Of a DNA stretch of 60,000 bases, positions 1-27,527 are shown one piece after another. The stretch's first letter is position 1, and each line of letters opens with the position of its first letter. The DNA is from Vicugna vicugna (Eukaryota): positions 1,862,001-1,922,000 of the forward strand of contig MU058714.1 of NCBI GenBank assembly GCA_013265495.1. Reading direction: 5' to 3'. The notes below the pieces were generated by a model that saw only the letters and a list, made by a program, of their open reading frames with translations, had not been told where the DNA came from and made no database searches. Both the position numbers and the translations under genes were made by a program.

Positions 1-59
1 GGCTTAATAATCGACTAAGTGCCCAGCCGCAGGTTTGACATTTTCGGAAACTGTGAAGT

Positions 60-950
60 TACAGGCAGAAGTCACCCAGGCCGCCCATGCGCTGCCCAGA
101 CACACCAGCGCACGAGCGCGTCCAGCGCGGCGCGCTCCACCGCACCCGCAGGAACCTACCTGGGCCGAGCCGGGCCGCCTGGGCGCCCGAGCCGGGCCGC
201 GGCTCCTCCCGACGGGGCCGGGCCCTCCGGAGCCGGGGTGGGGGCGGGGCCCGCTGGGGGAGCCAGGCGCTCCGGGGGCGTGCGGCGGGGGTCCCTTGGG
301 GTGCGGCTCCCGAGCTCGCGCCGCGCCGTGAGACAGCCACGCCGGGGCCGCCGCCGGGCCGCCGCCGGGCCCAGGGCTCCGCGCCGGGGCCGCCGGAAGG
401 TGCTCCGCCAGGACGGTCCGGGCGGCCGCGGTGCGGCGGGAAACGCGTCCCCGGGAAACCGCGCCCGGCTGCCGAGGGGCCGGCCGCGGGGTGGGGCGGA
501 CGGAGGTCGGAGGTCGGCTCCGCCCACCGCGGGAGGCGGGGCTCGCGGGGGTCCGGCCGGGGCCGCCGGGGCTCGCCCGCTCGCCCGAGCCGGGTGTGGC
601 CGGCGTCCGACGCGCGCCCCGCCCTTCCTCCCGAGGGGCCCGGCGCTGAAGCCCCGCCTCGGCCGCGCGCGGAACCCCGCAAGGCCCCCCTGTCCGAACG
701 CGCTGTGTTACGGCGGGAGCCACCCCCCGCGAGCGCCCCGGCCGGCGGCCCCGGGCCCGGCGGGCGCTCCCCTCCCCGGACCGCCGCTGCGTAGCCACCG
801 CCGAGCCCCCGCGCGCCCGGGGAGCGGCGCCGCCGTCCCTCCGCAGGCTGACGGCAGCCCCCGCGCACAGCCCCGAAAGGCGGGGAGGTCTTTCCGCTGG
901 CAGAGCCGAGTTTCATTGTACCATCTCAGCCTTGAAGGGTCCGACGCTCC
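60..950. promoter_or_regulatory. CpG island / promoter, probably of DUS1L (transcribed leftwards out of the window)
   Basis: Very GC- and CpG-dense with multiple GGGCGG boxes. It lies just 3' of FASN, where DUS1L sits in mammals (synteny only; no DUS1L coding sequence in the window). Confidence 0.75.
160..820 (-). other. DUS1L: Probable non-coding exon 1 of DUS1L (5' boundary uncertain)
   Basis: Strong minus-strand donor CCCAG|GTAGGT at 160/159 inside the CpG island. Gene identity is inferred from synteny. Confidence 0.45.
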
Positions 951-2493
951 CGGAGGATCGGGGCTCCTCAGCACGACCGCGCGTCGCTGACACGCCTGGA
1001 AAGCAGCAGGTTCCCGGTGCCAAACCGCCGTCCTTGCCCGGCCAGCGTGGCAGCCAGCAGCCACATCTCGACGGTGCTTGAACGTGGCTGGTCCAAACGA
1101 AGATGCGCTGTAGCAGTAAAAAGGCACCCCACCCCAGGTTTCAAAGGCTGGGCAGGAAGAAAAGTAAAATAGTTCATTTGTAATTTTTAAAGTGTTGATT
1201 ACCTGTTGGAATAATGTTTTATATTAAGTTAGGTTAAATACATCATTAAAACTAACTTCATCTTTCTTTTTCTGTATAGCTACTAGAAAATTTAAGTTTT
1301 TGTATGTGGGGGAGATTTCTGGAGTAGCAGATGGAAGGGCTGACCAAATCTCCTCCCAAAAAAGCAATGACGAAACTGGACAGAATTTTTAAAAGCAACC
1401 ATTCCAGGACTCTGAAAGTTGACCAAACACATACAGTGTTTGAAAAGCACTTACTAAAAAAGAAAAGAAAAGAAAGCATTGAACATCTGTAAGAACGGGG
1501 GGGGGGGGGTCCCTGGAGTTTTAGTATCCAGCCTCTTTTATTTGCTCCCTCCCCATGGTAATTACACCACAGCAAGGTAGGCCTTGAGGACTTGAAGTTC
1601 CTACAGACACTGGAAGAAGGACTGGGGAAGGAGGAAAGCTCCAAAGAGTGTTTGTCAAAAACAGTTGCAATCACAGTAGCAAACAACCGGGTAGAGGCCT
1701 AGACCTCAGCTGCCCGGGCCGTGGTGCTGGTTGGAGCAATAGCCCCGGCAGAACTTAACAAGGAAGGTCAGTGACTACGACAGCCACGGTGGACATTGGT
1801 AAGATGCCCTCTGTAGTCTGCAAGGCTGTTCCTACAGTATGGAAAGACCAGAAAGGGCCCCAGCTATACACTCCTCTCTGGCTGAATATGAGGCTTTGTG
1901 CAAGCAAAAAGTAAAAGCCAGGCCCAGACTGCAAACTGCGTAAACTAGCCTATACACGGAGCCATCAGCAGAGGGTGGAGGCTTTATTGGTTCAGTTTGT
2001 TAAACAATCTCTTGAACAGTAACTGGCTGGCCACTGAACTATAATGATCCAAGGACAAGTCTGAGGAAGCCAGACTTACATATAAAAAAGGATTTTTTTA
2101 GAGTGAGGGTCAAAGGGTGCTTCCTTCATGGGAAGTAATCATCTGCAGCAGGGAAAAAAGTGTTTAAAAAAATCTAGTAGCTACCAGGGGTCACACACTG
2201 CAGAGGGGACAGGCTGTGCGGAGTTCATCCAAGCCAGGTATGGGCAAACGAACAGCAGCGCCAGGAACAGCCCGCCAGTGAGGCGGGGAGGGCTCAGAGT
2301 CCAGCAGTTCGAAAGCATGTTGTCTAAAATGCCCGGCATTCGTTAAAAAATTATGAGACATTCAAAGAAACACAAAAATGTAAGTGGGCCATGCACAGGG
2401 GAAAAAAGTGGTTTGTAGAAACTGCCCTTGAGGGGGGCTCAGGTTTGGATTTAGCAGACAAAGAATTCAAAGCAGCTATTGTAAATATGTTCA

Positions 2494-2520
2494 AACAACA
2501 ACAACAACAACAACAACAAA
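2494..2520. repeat. (CAA)n microsatellite
   Basis: aacaacaacaacaacaacaacaacaaa. Confidence 0.9.
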
Positions 2521-2782
2521 AAACCATGGTTAAAGATTTTTTAAAAATATGACGACAATGGCTCACCAGGTTGAGATTATCAATACAAAGACAGAAACAA
2601 TTTAAAAAGGCCAATAGAAATTGAGTTGAAAAACACAATACCTGAAATGAAAATTTCACTACAGAGGTCCAACACAAAACGTGAACTGGGAACAGGAAGA
2701 ATCAGTGAACTTGAAGGTAGATCAGTAGAGATCATCCAATCAGAGGAACAGAAAGAAAAAAAGCATGAAGAAAAATGAACAG

Positions 2783-2912
2783 GGTAGGAGGGTATAGCTC
2801 AGTGGTAGAGTGCATGCTTAGCATGCACAAGGTCCTGGGTTCAATCCCCAGTACCTCCACTAAAATAAATAAATAAATAAATAGCCTAATTACCCCTTAA
2901 CAAAAAATTAGA
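2783..2912 (+). mobile_element. tRNA-Ala-derived SINE (camelid Vic-type) inserted in L1
   Basis: GGAGGGTATAGCTCAGTGGTAGAG..GGTTCAATCCCC A/B boxes, (TAAA)n tail, and imperfect flanking duplication aaatgaacag/aaacgaacag. Confidence 0.85.
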
Positions 2913-4740
2913 ACATAAACGAACAGTACCTCAGAGACCCATGGGATACCCACAAGCACACTAACATATATATATCACACATACACATCCAGATAAAAGG
3001 AATGAGGAAAGGGAGCAGGAAAAAGTTTTTGAAGAAATAATGGCCCCAAACTTTTCAAATTCAATGAAAAACATTACTGTACATATCCAAGAATTTTAAT
3101 AGGATAAATACAAAGATATTCACACCTGGACACACCATAGTCAAACTGCTAAAAGACAAACACAAAATCTTGAAAGTAGGAAGAGAAAATGACTCATCAG
3201 ATACAAGAAAACTGCAATAAGATGAAAGATGACTTCTCCTAAAAAACAGTGGAGACCAAAGAGCAGAGGAGTATTTAAGATTTTGAAAGAGAAAATCAGG
3301 CAACCAATAATTCTACATCCAGCAAAACTATCTTTCAAAAATGAAGGCAAAACAAAGGCATTCCTAGATAAACAAAGACAGGGAGAATGTGTTGGTAGCA
3401 GACGTGCTTTACGTGAAATACCAAAGCGAATCTTTTAGGATAAAGGAAGTGACATCACATGAAGATAGAAGGAACAGTAGTAAAGGTCATTACATAGATA
3501 ATTGTTTAAAAATGGTATAAGTATACAAAAATGGTACCAGAAATGGTGTAAAACTACACAATCACATCTCTCATGAGCACAGTTGCAAAAATCCTCCAGA
3601 CGTTAGCAAACTTAATCCAGCAACATATAAAAAGACCAAGTGATATTTACCCCAGGGATGCAAGGTTAGCTTGTTACCCGAAAACCAGTTAGTGTAGTAC
3701 ACCATGTTACTATAACCACACGATCATCTCAGTAGACGCAGATGACAAAGTCCAACACCTACTCGTGATTAAAAAACAACCTGCAACAAACTAGGAACGG
3801 AGGGAGAACTCCCTCAACTTGACAGCAAGAATCTACAGAAGACCCTGCAGCTTGTATCAGACTCAGTGGTGAAAGGCTGAATGCTTTTCTCCCGAGATCA
3901 GGAACAAGGCAAGCTTGCCTGCTCTTACCACTCTGACCCAGAATAGTACCGGCACTTCTGACCAGCATGATAAGGCAAGAAAAAGAAGTGAAAGGCATAC
4001 GGATAGGAACGAAAGAAATGTTCACTGGCACGTAAGACCGGTGAACAGGGCACAGGGCAGGCTGTCTTAACGGAAGTCCCTAAGGAATCTACAAAAAATA
4101 AATTCTAACAAGTGAGTTCAGCAAGGCCAGTCCGGAAAACTCAATCATGTTTTTACACGCCGACCACAAACATGTGAAAACCGGAAGTTTAGGCACAATT
4201 CCATTTACAGCTGCTCCAGAGAAAAGTAAACACTTAGGCAGGGGTGGAACACAACCCATGCAAGATCTGCATGCGGACACTTACATGGTGCTATCCTTCT
4301 CCCCTCCCCTCCTTCCTTCCTGATGTTGGTAACTGGACACCTGATGAAATGGATAAATGCCTAAGACACACAGACTGCCAAAACGGACTCAAGAACAGAT
4401 GTAAAATCTGAATAGATTTATTACAAATGGAGAGACTGAGTCACTATGTTCACATCATGGGTACCACACGGCGTTAAAAAGGAGCAACCTTCGATAGGAA
4501 CAGCTGGCCTGGTCCTCAGGGAAACTGCTGAGCAGAAAAAGCCAGTCTTGAAAGGTATGTATGAGTCCACGTATACAGTGCTCTTGGAATAACATAATCG
4601 TGGAGATGGAGAGCAGACTAGAGAACGCCAGGGCGCGAGGGCAGCTGTGGTGGGGAGCACAAGGAAGCCTTGGGGCAATTCTGTCTCGACTGTGATGGTG
4701 GTTGTACACATCTACACGTGAGGTGACATCTTGCACTACC

Positions 4741-4765
4741 ACACACACACACACACACACACACA
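4741..4765. repeat. (AC)n microsatellite
   Basis: About 12 AC units. Confidence 0.9.
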
Positions 4766-5051
4766 GGAAGGCATGTGAGACCGGTGAAATCTGTCTAAGC
4801 TCTGAGGACTGCCTCAGTGCCAGTCTCCTGGGGTCTGTATTGCCCCATCGAGATGCAGGATGCTATCATGGGGGAAACTGAGGCGAGGGTTTACAGCACA
4901 TCCTGCACATTGTTTGGCAAGTTTCTGTAAGTATTTATGTATTTTTTAAAGTTTTTTTTAACAAAGAAAGATAATTCACAATAGCCAAGGCATGTAAACA
5001 ACCTCAGTGTCCACTGACAGATGATGAGAGGATGAAGAAATATGATATGGT

Positions 5052-5172
5052 GGGGAGGGTATGGCTCAGTGGTAGAATTCATGCTTAGCACGCACAAGGT
5101 CCTGGGTTCAATTCCCAGTGCCTCCATTAAGATAAATAAATAAATACACCTAATTACTTCCCCCCGTGAAAA
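5052..5172 (+). mobile_element. tRNA-derived SINE (Vic-type)
   Basis: GGGGAGGGTATGGCTCAGTGGTAGA..CCTGGGTTCAATTCCC, taaa tail, cctaattac motif. Confidence 0.85.
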
Positions 5173-5445
5173 AGAAAATGTGATGTGCACTGTCATTCAG
5201 CCATCAAAAGGGAACCCCGCGGTTTGCGACAGTGTGGATGGACCGTGAGGGCATTCCGCTAACTGACATAGCCAAGACAGAGAGAGAGAGACAGACACAG
5301 AACAGCCTCACTAGCGTACGTGATCTAAGAAAGCCAGACGCCCAGAAACAGAGACTAGACAGGCGCTTGCTGGAGCTTGGAGGTTGGGGGAAAGGCAGAT
5401 GTTGATCAGAGTGTGCAGACTTCCAGCTGTAAGGTGAGATGTCCT

Positions 5446-5580
5446 GGGCAGAGGGTATAGCTGAGCAGTGGAACGCGAGCTTAGCATGCAGGAGGCACCG
5501 GGTTCCATCCCCAGTACTGCCAGTAAATGAATAAACAAATAAATAAACCTACTTGCCTCTACCCCCAAAAGAAAAAAAAA
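5446..5580 (+). mobile_element. tRNA-derived SINE (Vic-type)
   Basis: GAGGGTATAGCTGAGCAGTGG..GGGTTCCATCCCCAG with A-rich tail. Confidence 0.8.
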
Positions 5581-5886
5581 TTAATGAAAAAGGTTATGAC
5601 CAAAATATTTCAGAGTCAACAGTGGGGAAAAAGGAGTCTCGGACTTTATGGTAACCAAAAAAACTTCAGTTGAAAAAAAAGATGAGACATTCTGGAACCT
5701 AAGGTACTGCATGGTGACGGGGCAACGAGACTGCATTCATTGTACAGCTGAAAGTTCTCATAGTAACAGCAACAGAAACACGGTGACCACATGAGCTGAG
5801 AGATGTGGTAATATGTCTGTGTTCCGTCACCACATAAGATCACACAATATTCTCTGTCAGCTTTGCCCCAATTGAAGAAGAAAAAA

Positions 5887-6005
5887 GAGGAGGGTGTAGC
5901 TTGGCAGTAGAACACAGCGTGCACGAGGCCCTGGGTTCGACCCCCAGCACCTCCATTTAAAAGCAAGCAGATAAATAAACCTAATTACCTCCTCTCGCCG
6001 AAAAA
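5887..6005 (+). mobile_element. tRNA-derived SINE (Vic-type)
   Basis: GAGGAGGGTGTAGCT..CTGGGTTCGACCCCCAG..ataaacctaattacctc. Confidence 0.8.
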
Positions 6006-6079
6006 TTCTTTTAAACTTACTAAGAAAAAGATAGCTAGTTTAAATTTGTTTGAATTTAAATAAATTCTTTTAGCGGTGT

Positions 6080-7960
6080 CTTTCAAAGAATAGAGATGAT
6101 CCAACTTTGATGAAATCTAATAATTTAATCTCCTGTCTGACTGGGCTTTTGGGCGTCGCATCTAAGAACCCTGTGCCTAACCCAAGTCCACAAAGATCTT
6201 TTTCCTGTATTTACTCCTGGGAGTTCTGTAGTTTTACAGTTTACACATAAATCTACGATCCATTTTGAATTAATTTTTGTGTGTATTGTGAGGGATCACT
6301 CTGTTCTTTCTTACTCTTTTTTCCTGCAGATCCAGAGTCATTTGTCGAAGAGATGACCCTTTCTCCGCAGACTTGTCTTTGCATCTTGTACACACGTGGT
6401 CTGAGCAGCCCGCCTGCGCCGCTCAGTCTGGTGTTTTGTCACGGCCGCCTGAGCAGACTAAGGCAGCCCCAGAATATCTTATGTAAGTTGGATAATTTTG
6501 AACTTATTGAGAGTGGTTTCCTTACCAAAATTCTGAAAGACCTTGAGTAGAACTGGTCGTATTTTTAAGTATGGACTAGAACTTGCCATTCAGGTCTGGA
6601 ATTTTCTTTGTGGAAAGGTTTGTAACTACAAATTCACTTTCTTCAATAGATGCAAGGGTGTTCAGGCTGCTGCTTCTTGACTTTGCCTTGTGTGGAACCT
6701 GTTCATTTCTGGGTTGTCCGATGGGCGCACAGTAGTTCATACTGCTTCATCAGCCCTTCAGTATGCACAGAATCTTAGTGACGCCACCCGTGTCGTTCCT
6801 AACATTATCGGAAATCTGTCTTCTGTTTCCTTCCAGCTCAGTCTGTTTTAAGGTTTGTAAATGACTGGTCTTCTCAGAGTAGCTTTTGGTTTCATTAATT
6901 TTGTTTCTTATTTGACTTTCACTCCAATACATGTTACTTCCTTTATTCTGCTGAGTTTGGGCCTCACTTTTTTTTCTCCTTAAGGTAGAATTTGAAACGA
7001 TGAATTTGACTAGCGTCTTCTCTTGTGCCCTAGGCCTTTGGTGCTAGAGGCGTCCCCCAGGTGCTGCTTCGCTGTGTGCCACGAGCTTTGCTATGCTGCT
7101 TTCATTGTCGTTCACAATACTTCCCAATTACTCTTTTGATTTCTTTAACTCCTGGGTTATTGGAAGTACATTATTTGGTTCCTAAATATCTGAGGGTGTT
7201 CTAGAGAGTTTTTTGGCCGTGGATCCTGACTTTATTCAGTTGTGATCAGAGAAAGTATCTTACAGGAGTCGAGTTCCTTTGAACTGGGACTGCTTTTAAG
7301 ACTTGGAATGTGAACTGTCGTGGCAAGTGTTCCTTGCAGATTTGACAAGGATCCTGCTGCTCTTGTGGGGTGATCCCTAGGTGTCGGGAAGATCAGATCA
7401 GTTGACTGTGCTGTTCAAGTCTTTCATAGCTTTACCGATTTTCCACCTGTTCAGTTATTGAGAGAGGTTTTGAAACCTCCAACTTTAACTGTGGACTGCC
7501 TGATCCTCCTTTCAGATCTGTAACTTCTGCTTACTGTAATTTGGAGCTGTCATAGGAGCAATGTTTAGGGTCCTTACACCCTTCGGATTGGTTTTTATTA
7601 TGGTGAAGTGACCCTTTTTATCCCGAGTATAGCCTCTGTTCTGAAATCGACTCTGACAGTAACATACCTACTCCAGAAAACTTTTCACTCTGCTCTCTGA
7701 GGCTCATTCGTCTTGAGCACTTCCAGACCTTCATTCATTTGTAAGGCTGAATCATATCCATTATGTGGATGGACCACATCTGTACATTCACCTGTTTGTG
7801 AACACCTGTATTGCACCCACCTTTGAGCGGTTGTGCACGAGACGCTGCCGTGCACACGGGTGTAGGTGCACAAGAGCGTTTGAGCCCGTTTCCGATCCTT
7901 TGGGTTGTAACTAGGGTGGGATTGTTGGCTCACATGGTAACTGTGTTGAGCTTTCTAAGG
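6080..7960 (-). mobile_element. Old LINE-1 ORF2 and 3'-end fragments, antisense
   Basis: T-rich plus strand. Minus-strand peptide ESQIRNKINETKSYSEK resembles L1 ORF2, with an L1 3' motif near 7750-7960. Confidence 0.7.
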
Positions 7961-8179
7961 AACATGGACAGGCCCCTGGTCTGTCTCTGGGTTCAACACA
8001 CCCTTCTAGAAGCCTAGCAGCAGGCCTGCTCCCCTGGCCCACCTCTCTCTGCTCCAGCTCACCTCTGCCATCTGCCCAGAAGCCCCCGGCCCAGTGGGTC
8101 CACCTCACCCCTGGGCTTGGAGGGGTTCAGAGGTCCAGGGGTCTCCCTGTGTGATGGTGTCTCCCCCGCTGGTCTTGGC

Positions 8180-8400
8180 CAGTTAAAGAACCACTGGCCT
8201 AGGTGTTACTGTGCAGGTATTTGGTCCGTGTGATTCCCACCTATCTGGTGACTTCAAGTAAAGATTACTCTCAATAACGTGGGTGGGTGTCCTCCCCTCG
8301 GGTGAGGCCCAGGAGAGAAGACTCAAGGGTTCCCTGAGGAATAAGGAATTCTGGCAAGGGGACCCTGGGGGGACTCCCACAGCTGCCACCAGACCCGTCA
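8180..8400 (+). mobile_element. ERVL-type (MLT2-like) LTR fragment
   Basis: gtaaagattactctcaataacgtgggtgggt..gtgaggccc resembles the MLT2 consensus as I recall it. Confidence 0.45.
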
Positions 8401-8585
8401 CCCGCACCTGCCTGCTGCTCCCTGGTAGAGGCCCCCTCCCTCCCGAGCGTCCAGCCTGTCCTCTGGAGCCTGGCACTGCCAGGCACTGCCCCCGCTCCTG
8501 CCGGGAGCAGAGGGTGGCCCCCAGGCCCCAGTGCTGGCCCGGGATGGGGGAGGGAAGATGACTGGAGGCTGGAGCACACATACGG

Positions 8586-8591
8586 TTTAAT
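8586..8591 (-). terminator. FASN: FASN polyadenylation signal ATTAAA
   Basis: Plus-strand tttaat about 470 nt downstream of the stop codon, in a U-rich 3'UTR end. Confidence 0.7.
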
Positions 8592-9056
8592 CACAGGGAA
8601 GCTCCCGCAGGAACACTTCCACCAGGTTGGTGTAAAAATGAAACAGGATCCAGATGTGTTTCTTTACACAGACAATTACAGTGAATTTCAAAATCTGAGC
8701 AGCAATCTGAATCAGGTTTCTTGAAACACGAACAGAGGAGCATGGGGGTGCCCGGCGCCCAGGGCTACTCTGCTCCCACTCTGCACTGTGGGCCCGGCCC
8801 CGCTGCTGCGCCCGCCTCACAGGGGGACCGGCCGGCGCCCCCCGGCGTCGCAATAAATAGGAGAAGCGACAGAGACCGGCGCGGCAGAGCCCACGCGGAG
8901 CAGGATGCTCGGCTGGCCTGGCGGCTTGCCGACTCTTCACAGACCGGGTGGGTCTCCGAGTCGGAAGCTGGCGGCATGGCAGGTGGCACGTCAGGCCAGC
9001 GGGGGGAGTGGGGGGAGTGGGGGGAGGGGTGGTCCCACCTCCAGCCCGACGGTGGC

Positions 9057-24764
<15,708 letters not shown>

Positions 24765-26728
24765 GGCTGCTCTCTCTGCAGGGAGGGCGGTGTTGGGGTC
24801 TGGACCCTCGCAACTCTGCTGCCCCTCCCCCTCCCCCGGCTTCCTGACCCCCCAGGGCACCTGCCTTCCTCCATCTAGCCCATCCAAGGGTCTGAGGGCA
24901 GCAGTTCAGAAAGCCCCGAGACTGAGAGCCACATGGCCAGCCCCTGCGCTGTGCGCCAGCCCGGATGGATGCCTTGGGTGAATGGAGTGTGCCGTCGGGG
25001 GGGAGGGAGGGCCACTAGTGCAGCCTGCCTGCACCTCTCACTGGGAGCGTTGTGTTCTCTGGGCCTTGGCTCTGGCTGGCCTGGGATGACCCCACCATAG
25101 CCCTGCTGCCCTGGGCCCACCCCAGCTGGCTGCTTCGACCACCTGCTGAGGCACTCCTGGAAGGGGGACTCACAGTGGGAGGCCGGCAGGGCCAACCCAG
25201 AGAAGAGCCCAAACCCCTCTGAGGATGGGCCCACCCGGCTGGCGGTCAGTGAAGAGCTGGCCCAGGGAATCCACCAAGAAAAGGAGAAAGGGCAAATGTT
25301 GGGGGTGGGAGGAGCACCCACGATACCCGGCTGGCGCTGCACTCAGAACCCAACGCTGCCTTCCATGCTGGGGCCATGGCTTGGGCACTGCAAGGCTTGG
25401 ACGGGCTCTAGGGGGAAAGCTGTCCCTCCCACAGTGGCAGATCCAGCCAATATGGCCCCTCCAACCTGCAGAACCACTCCTGGTCAGGTGCCAGGTTAAG
25501 TGCTGGCCAGACCCATGCACCTGCACAGGTGAGGCCTCAGGATTCTGCTTGTCTACCTTCACACAGCCTGCCTGACCACCCTGGCCCAGGTCCCCCAGGT
25601 GCCAGAGGGAGTCTGGGCTAGCCTGAGCCTGTGGGTCCAGGACTGGGGCTCCTGTGCAGCCCCTGAGGGAGAGGGCAAGGCCAGGGTTGGTCCTGCCACT
25701 TCCGCCAAGGCCCCAAGGCCTCATAGCGCTGGACACGGAGACGGGTGGACTCACCAGCCGCCGGCCCTCTCAGGGTCTCTCCGAACAAGGAAGAGTACAA
25801 GCAAGTGGAGACAGCGCCTAGTCCTTGGGTGGCCTGGTGGGCCTGCTGTCCCCGCAGAGAGGGAGCTCCCTCCCCCAGCGCTGAATAAAGAGCCTTTTGC
25901 CGGCCCAGAGGCACCAGCTCGGGCTCGGCTGCTTCCTGCAGAAAGCGCCGGCTGTTTTCCCCTATTTGCTATTCACTTGGAGTCCCGCGAGGCAAGGCAG
26001 AGGGGTGGAGACCCCTACAGCGCCCAGGGCCTCCTCTGCACCACCGCGGAGCTCCAACGGGCGCCAGCCGCTCTCCCCCTAGAACTTCGGGGGCTGCAAA
26101 CGGTGCCCACGTGGTGGGGAAGCCACCCCACTCCGGCCCGCGCCTCCTCTGCCCTCCCTCCTTTCTTCTCTGGCCCTCGGGTTGGCTGAGACTTGCCTAT
26201 ACGGCACCTGGAGTTAGGGGGATGTCGCGGGTGAAGGGGGTCGTTGGCCCAGCCTGAAAGGAGGCTCTTGTGGACGCCTGGAACCGGCTGCGCACCGGGC
26301 AGCTAGGGTTCCTACAGGCCCTCAAGGGTCCGCGGCTGCCCGGCCCAGCCCAAGACCAAAATGGCTGTTCGCGGTGCTTCGCGGTGCTTCCCGGCGTCCG
26401 CCCCTCGCCATCCGCCCACCTGCCCCGCTGGGCCTGGGGCGCGGCGCGCAGGCCCTTCGCCACCAAGCCTCGGACGCCCCGTGGGGCTTGACTATCCAGA
26501 CAGGGGGCTCGGACCCCGAGACCAGAGCAGGCTGCGAGGGGTGATCCCTCATCACACGCGCACCAGACCACGCGCACCCAAGGCCTGAGGATGCGAGCCA
26601 GCGGCGCTTCCCCCGCCAACGCCGGATCCCGGCTGCGCCGCCCCGGTCCTCGACCCTGGCTGGGCTTTCGGGCCCCAGGACCCCGGTCCCTGGCTCCCAA
26701 CCCGCAACCCCGGCCGGGCCGCTCGTAC

Positions 26729-26820
26729 CTGGTCTGGGCGCGGGCGGCGGTGCGGGCGGCAAAGGGAGAGCGAGGATGGAGTGCGCCGCGGAGAGGAGGC
26801 CGGGCCGCTGCCGTCTCTCT
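26729..26820 (-). other. FASN: FASN non-coding exon 1
   Basis: Begins ~27 nt downstream of TTAAATA with AGAGAGACGGCAGCGGC, as I recall for the mammalian FASN 5' end. Donor CCAG|GTACGA at 26729/26728. Confidence 0.88.
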
Positions 26821-26846
26821 GGCTCCCTCTAGGCCCGCGCCGGCGC

Positions 26847-26853
26847 TATTTAA
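26847..26853 (-). promoter_or_regulatory. FASN: FASN TATA box (TTAAATA)
   Basis: The only AT-rich patch in the island, ~30 nt upstream of exon 1. Confidence 0.88.
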
Positions 26854-26873
26854 CCGCGGCCGTCCCCGCGCGG

Positions 26874-26918
26874 ACACGCCACATGGGCTGACAGCTTGGC
26901 TGCGCCGCCCAGGCCAAT
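26874..26918 (-). promoter_or_regulatory. FASN: Proximal module: -65 E-box CATGTG (26880-26885) with flanking SREs, Sp1 box (26905-26910), inverted CCAAT/NF-Y (26914-26918)
   Basis: Minus strand reads ATTGG..GGGCGG..TCAGCCCATGTGGCGTG, the established USF/SREBP/Sp1/NF-Y arrangement of FASN promoters. Confidence 0.88.
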
Positions 26919-26960
26919 GAGCGTCTGGGCTGCGCCCCGGGATCAGGCGCGCCGCCGCCA

Positions 26961-26970
26961 GTGGGGTGAT
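26961..26970 (-). promoter_or_regulatory. FASN: Classic SRE-1 (ATCACCCCAC) at about -150
   Basis: Perfect 10/10 sterol regulatory element at the expected distance. Confidence 0.9.
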
Positions 26971-27023
26971 GCGGCGCGCTGCCGCCAGGCGCCGGGACCG
27001 TGCGCGGGGGCGCGCCCGGCCCG

Positions 27024-27059
27024 NNNNNNNNNNNNNNNNNNNNNNNNNNNNNNNNNNNN
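27024..27059. other. Assembly gap (36 N)
   Basis: Run of n in extremely GC-rich sequence. Confidence 1.
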
Positions 27060-27176
27060 CTGGGCTGGGGGGCCGGGGCGGGGGGCGGGGCGGACGCGGC
27101 GTCACCCCCGCCCTCCGACTTCCGTTCCGCTCCCCACGCCTCCCGGGGCCGCCCCCAACTCCGGGGCCGAGGAGGC

Positions 27177-27182
27177 CACGTG
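27177..27182. promoter_or_regulatory. FASN: Upstream E-box CACGTG (likely equivalent of the rodent -332 USF site)
   Basis: Palindromic E-box ~360 nt upstream of exon 1 (distance depends on the gap size). Confidence 0.6.
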
Positions 27183-27511
27183 TTCATGGCCCGCGGGGGA
27201 AGCGGGACGGGTCGTGCTCGGGCCACTTTGGGGTCACTCTGAGGGTCATACTGGGGCCACACTGGAGGCCGGACGGACCCTTAGGCGGACGGACTGACAG
27301 GCCCGTGTCCCGGCCGCGCGGAGCCGGGCCTGGGCGTGGCTCACTCCGCCACCGTAGCCAATCGGGGCCCGGGGGCGTGCGTGCTGACCCAATGGCAGCG
27401 CTCGAGTGGGCGTTGCTAGGCGATAGGGTGATGGGACGGGCCGCTCTGGGCGCTTCGCCGGCCGCCGCCGGGCCAGTGCGGTTGTTGACCTGGCTGAGGG
27501 CGCCCCGCGCG

Positions 27512-27527
27512 GGGTTACTGCCGGTCA
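27512..27527 (+). promoter_or_regulatory. FASN: LXR response element (DR4) GGGTTActgcCGGTCA
   Basis: Two nuclear-receptor half sites spaced by 4 nt, ~700 nt upstream, matching the known FASN LXRE. Confidence 0.85.

Larger units (their letters stand above)
1310..4450 (+). mobile_element. Old fragmented LINE-1 (5' region, ORF1 remnant ~2350-3440, ORF2/RT remnants ~3540-4450)
   Basis: A-rich plus strand with L1 ORF1-like peptide RGVFKILKEK..ILHPAKLSFKNEGKTKAFLDKQ and ORF2-like nucleotides (aggctgaatgcttttctcccgagatcaggaacaaggcaag). Many stops and frameshifts. Confidence 0.8.
4480..5880 (+). mobile_element. Several old L1 3'-end fragments
   Basis: L1M-type 3' motifs (acaatagccaagg..aacctcagtgtccactgacagatga; ctaaggtactgcatggtgac), interrupted by SINEs. 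Confidence 0.65.

Noticed and set aside
4..990. Long overlapping ORFs (235-323 aa) on both strands
   Set aside because: Low-complexity Arg/Gly/Pro/Ala translations caused by stop-codon scarcity in a CpG island; no recognisable protein.
2783..2860. tRNA-Ala-like sequences (about ten copies in the window)
   Set aside because: They carry SINE bodies, A-rich tails and TSDs and are diverged, so they are SINE heads rather than tRNA genes.
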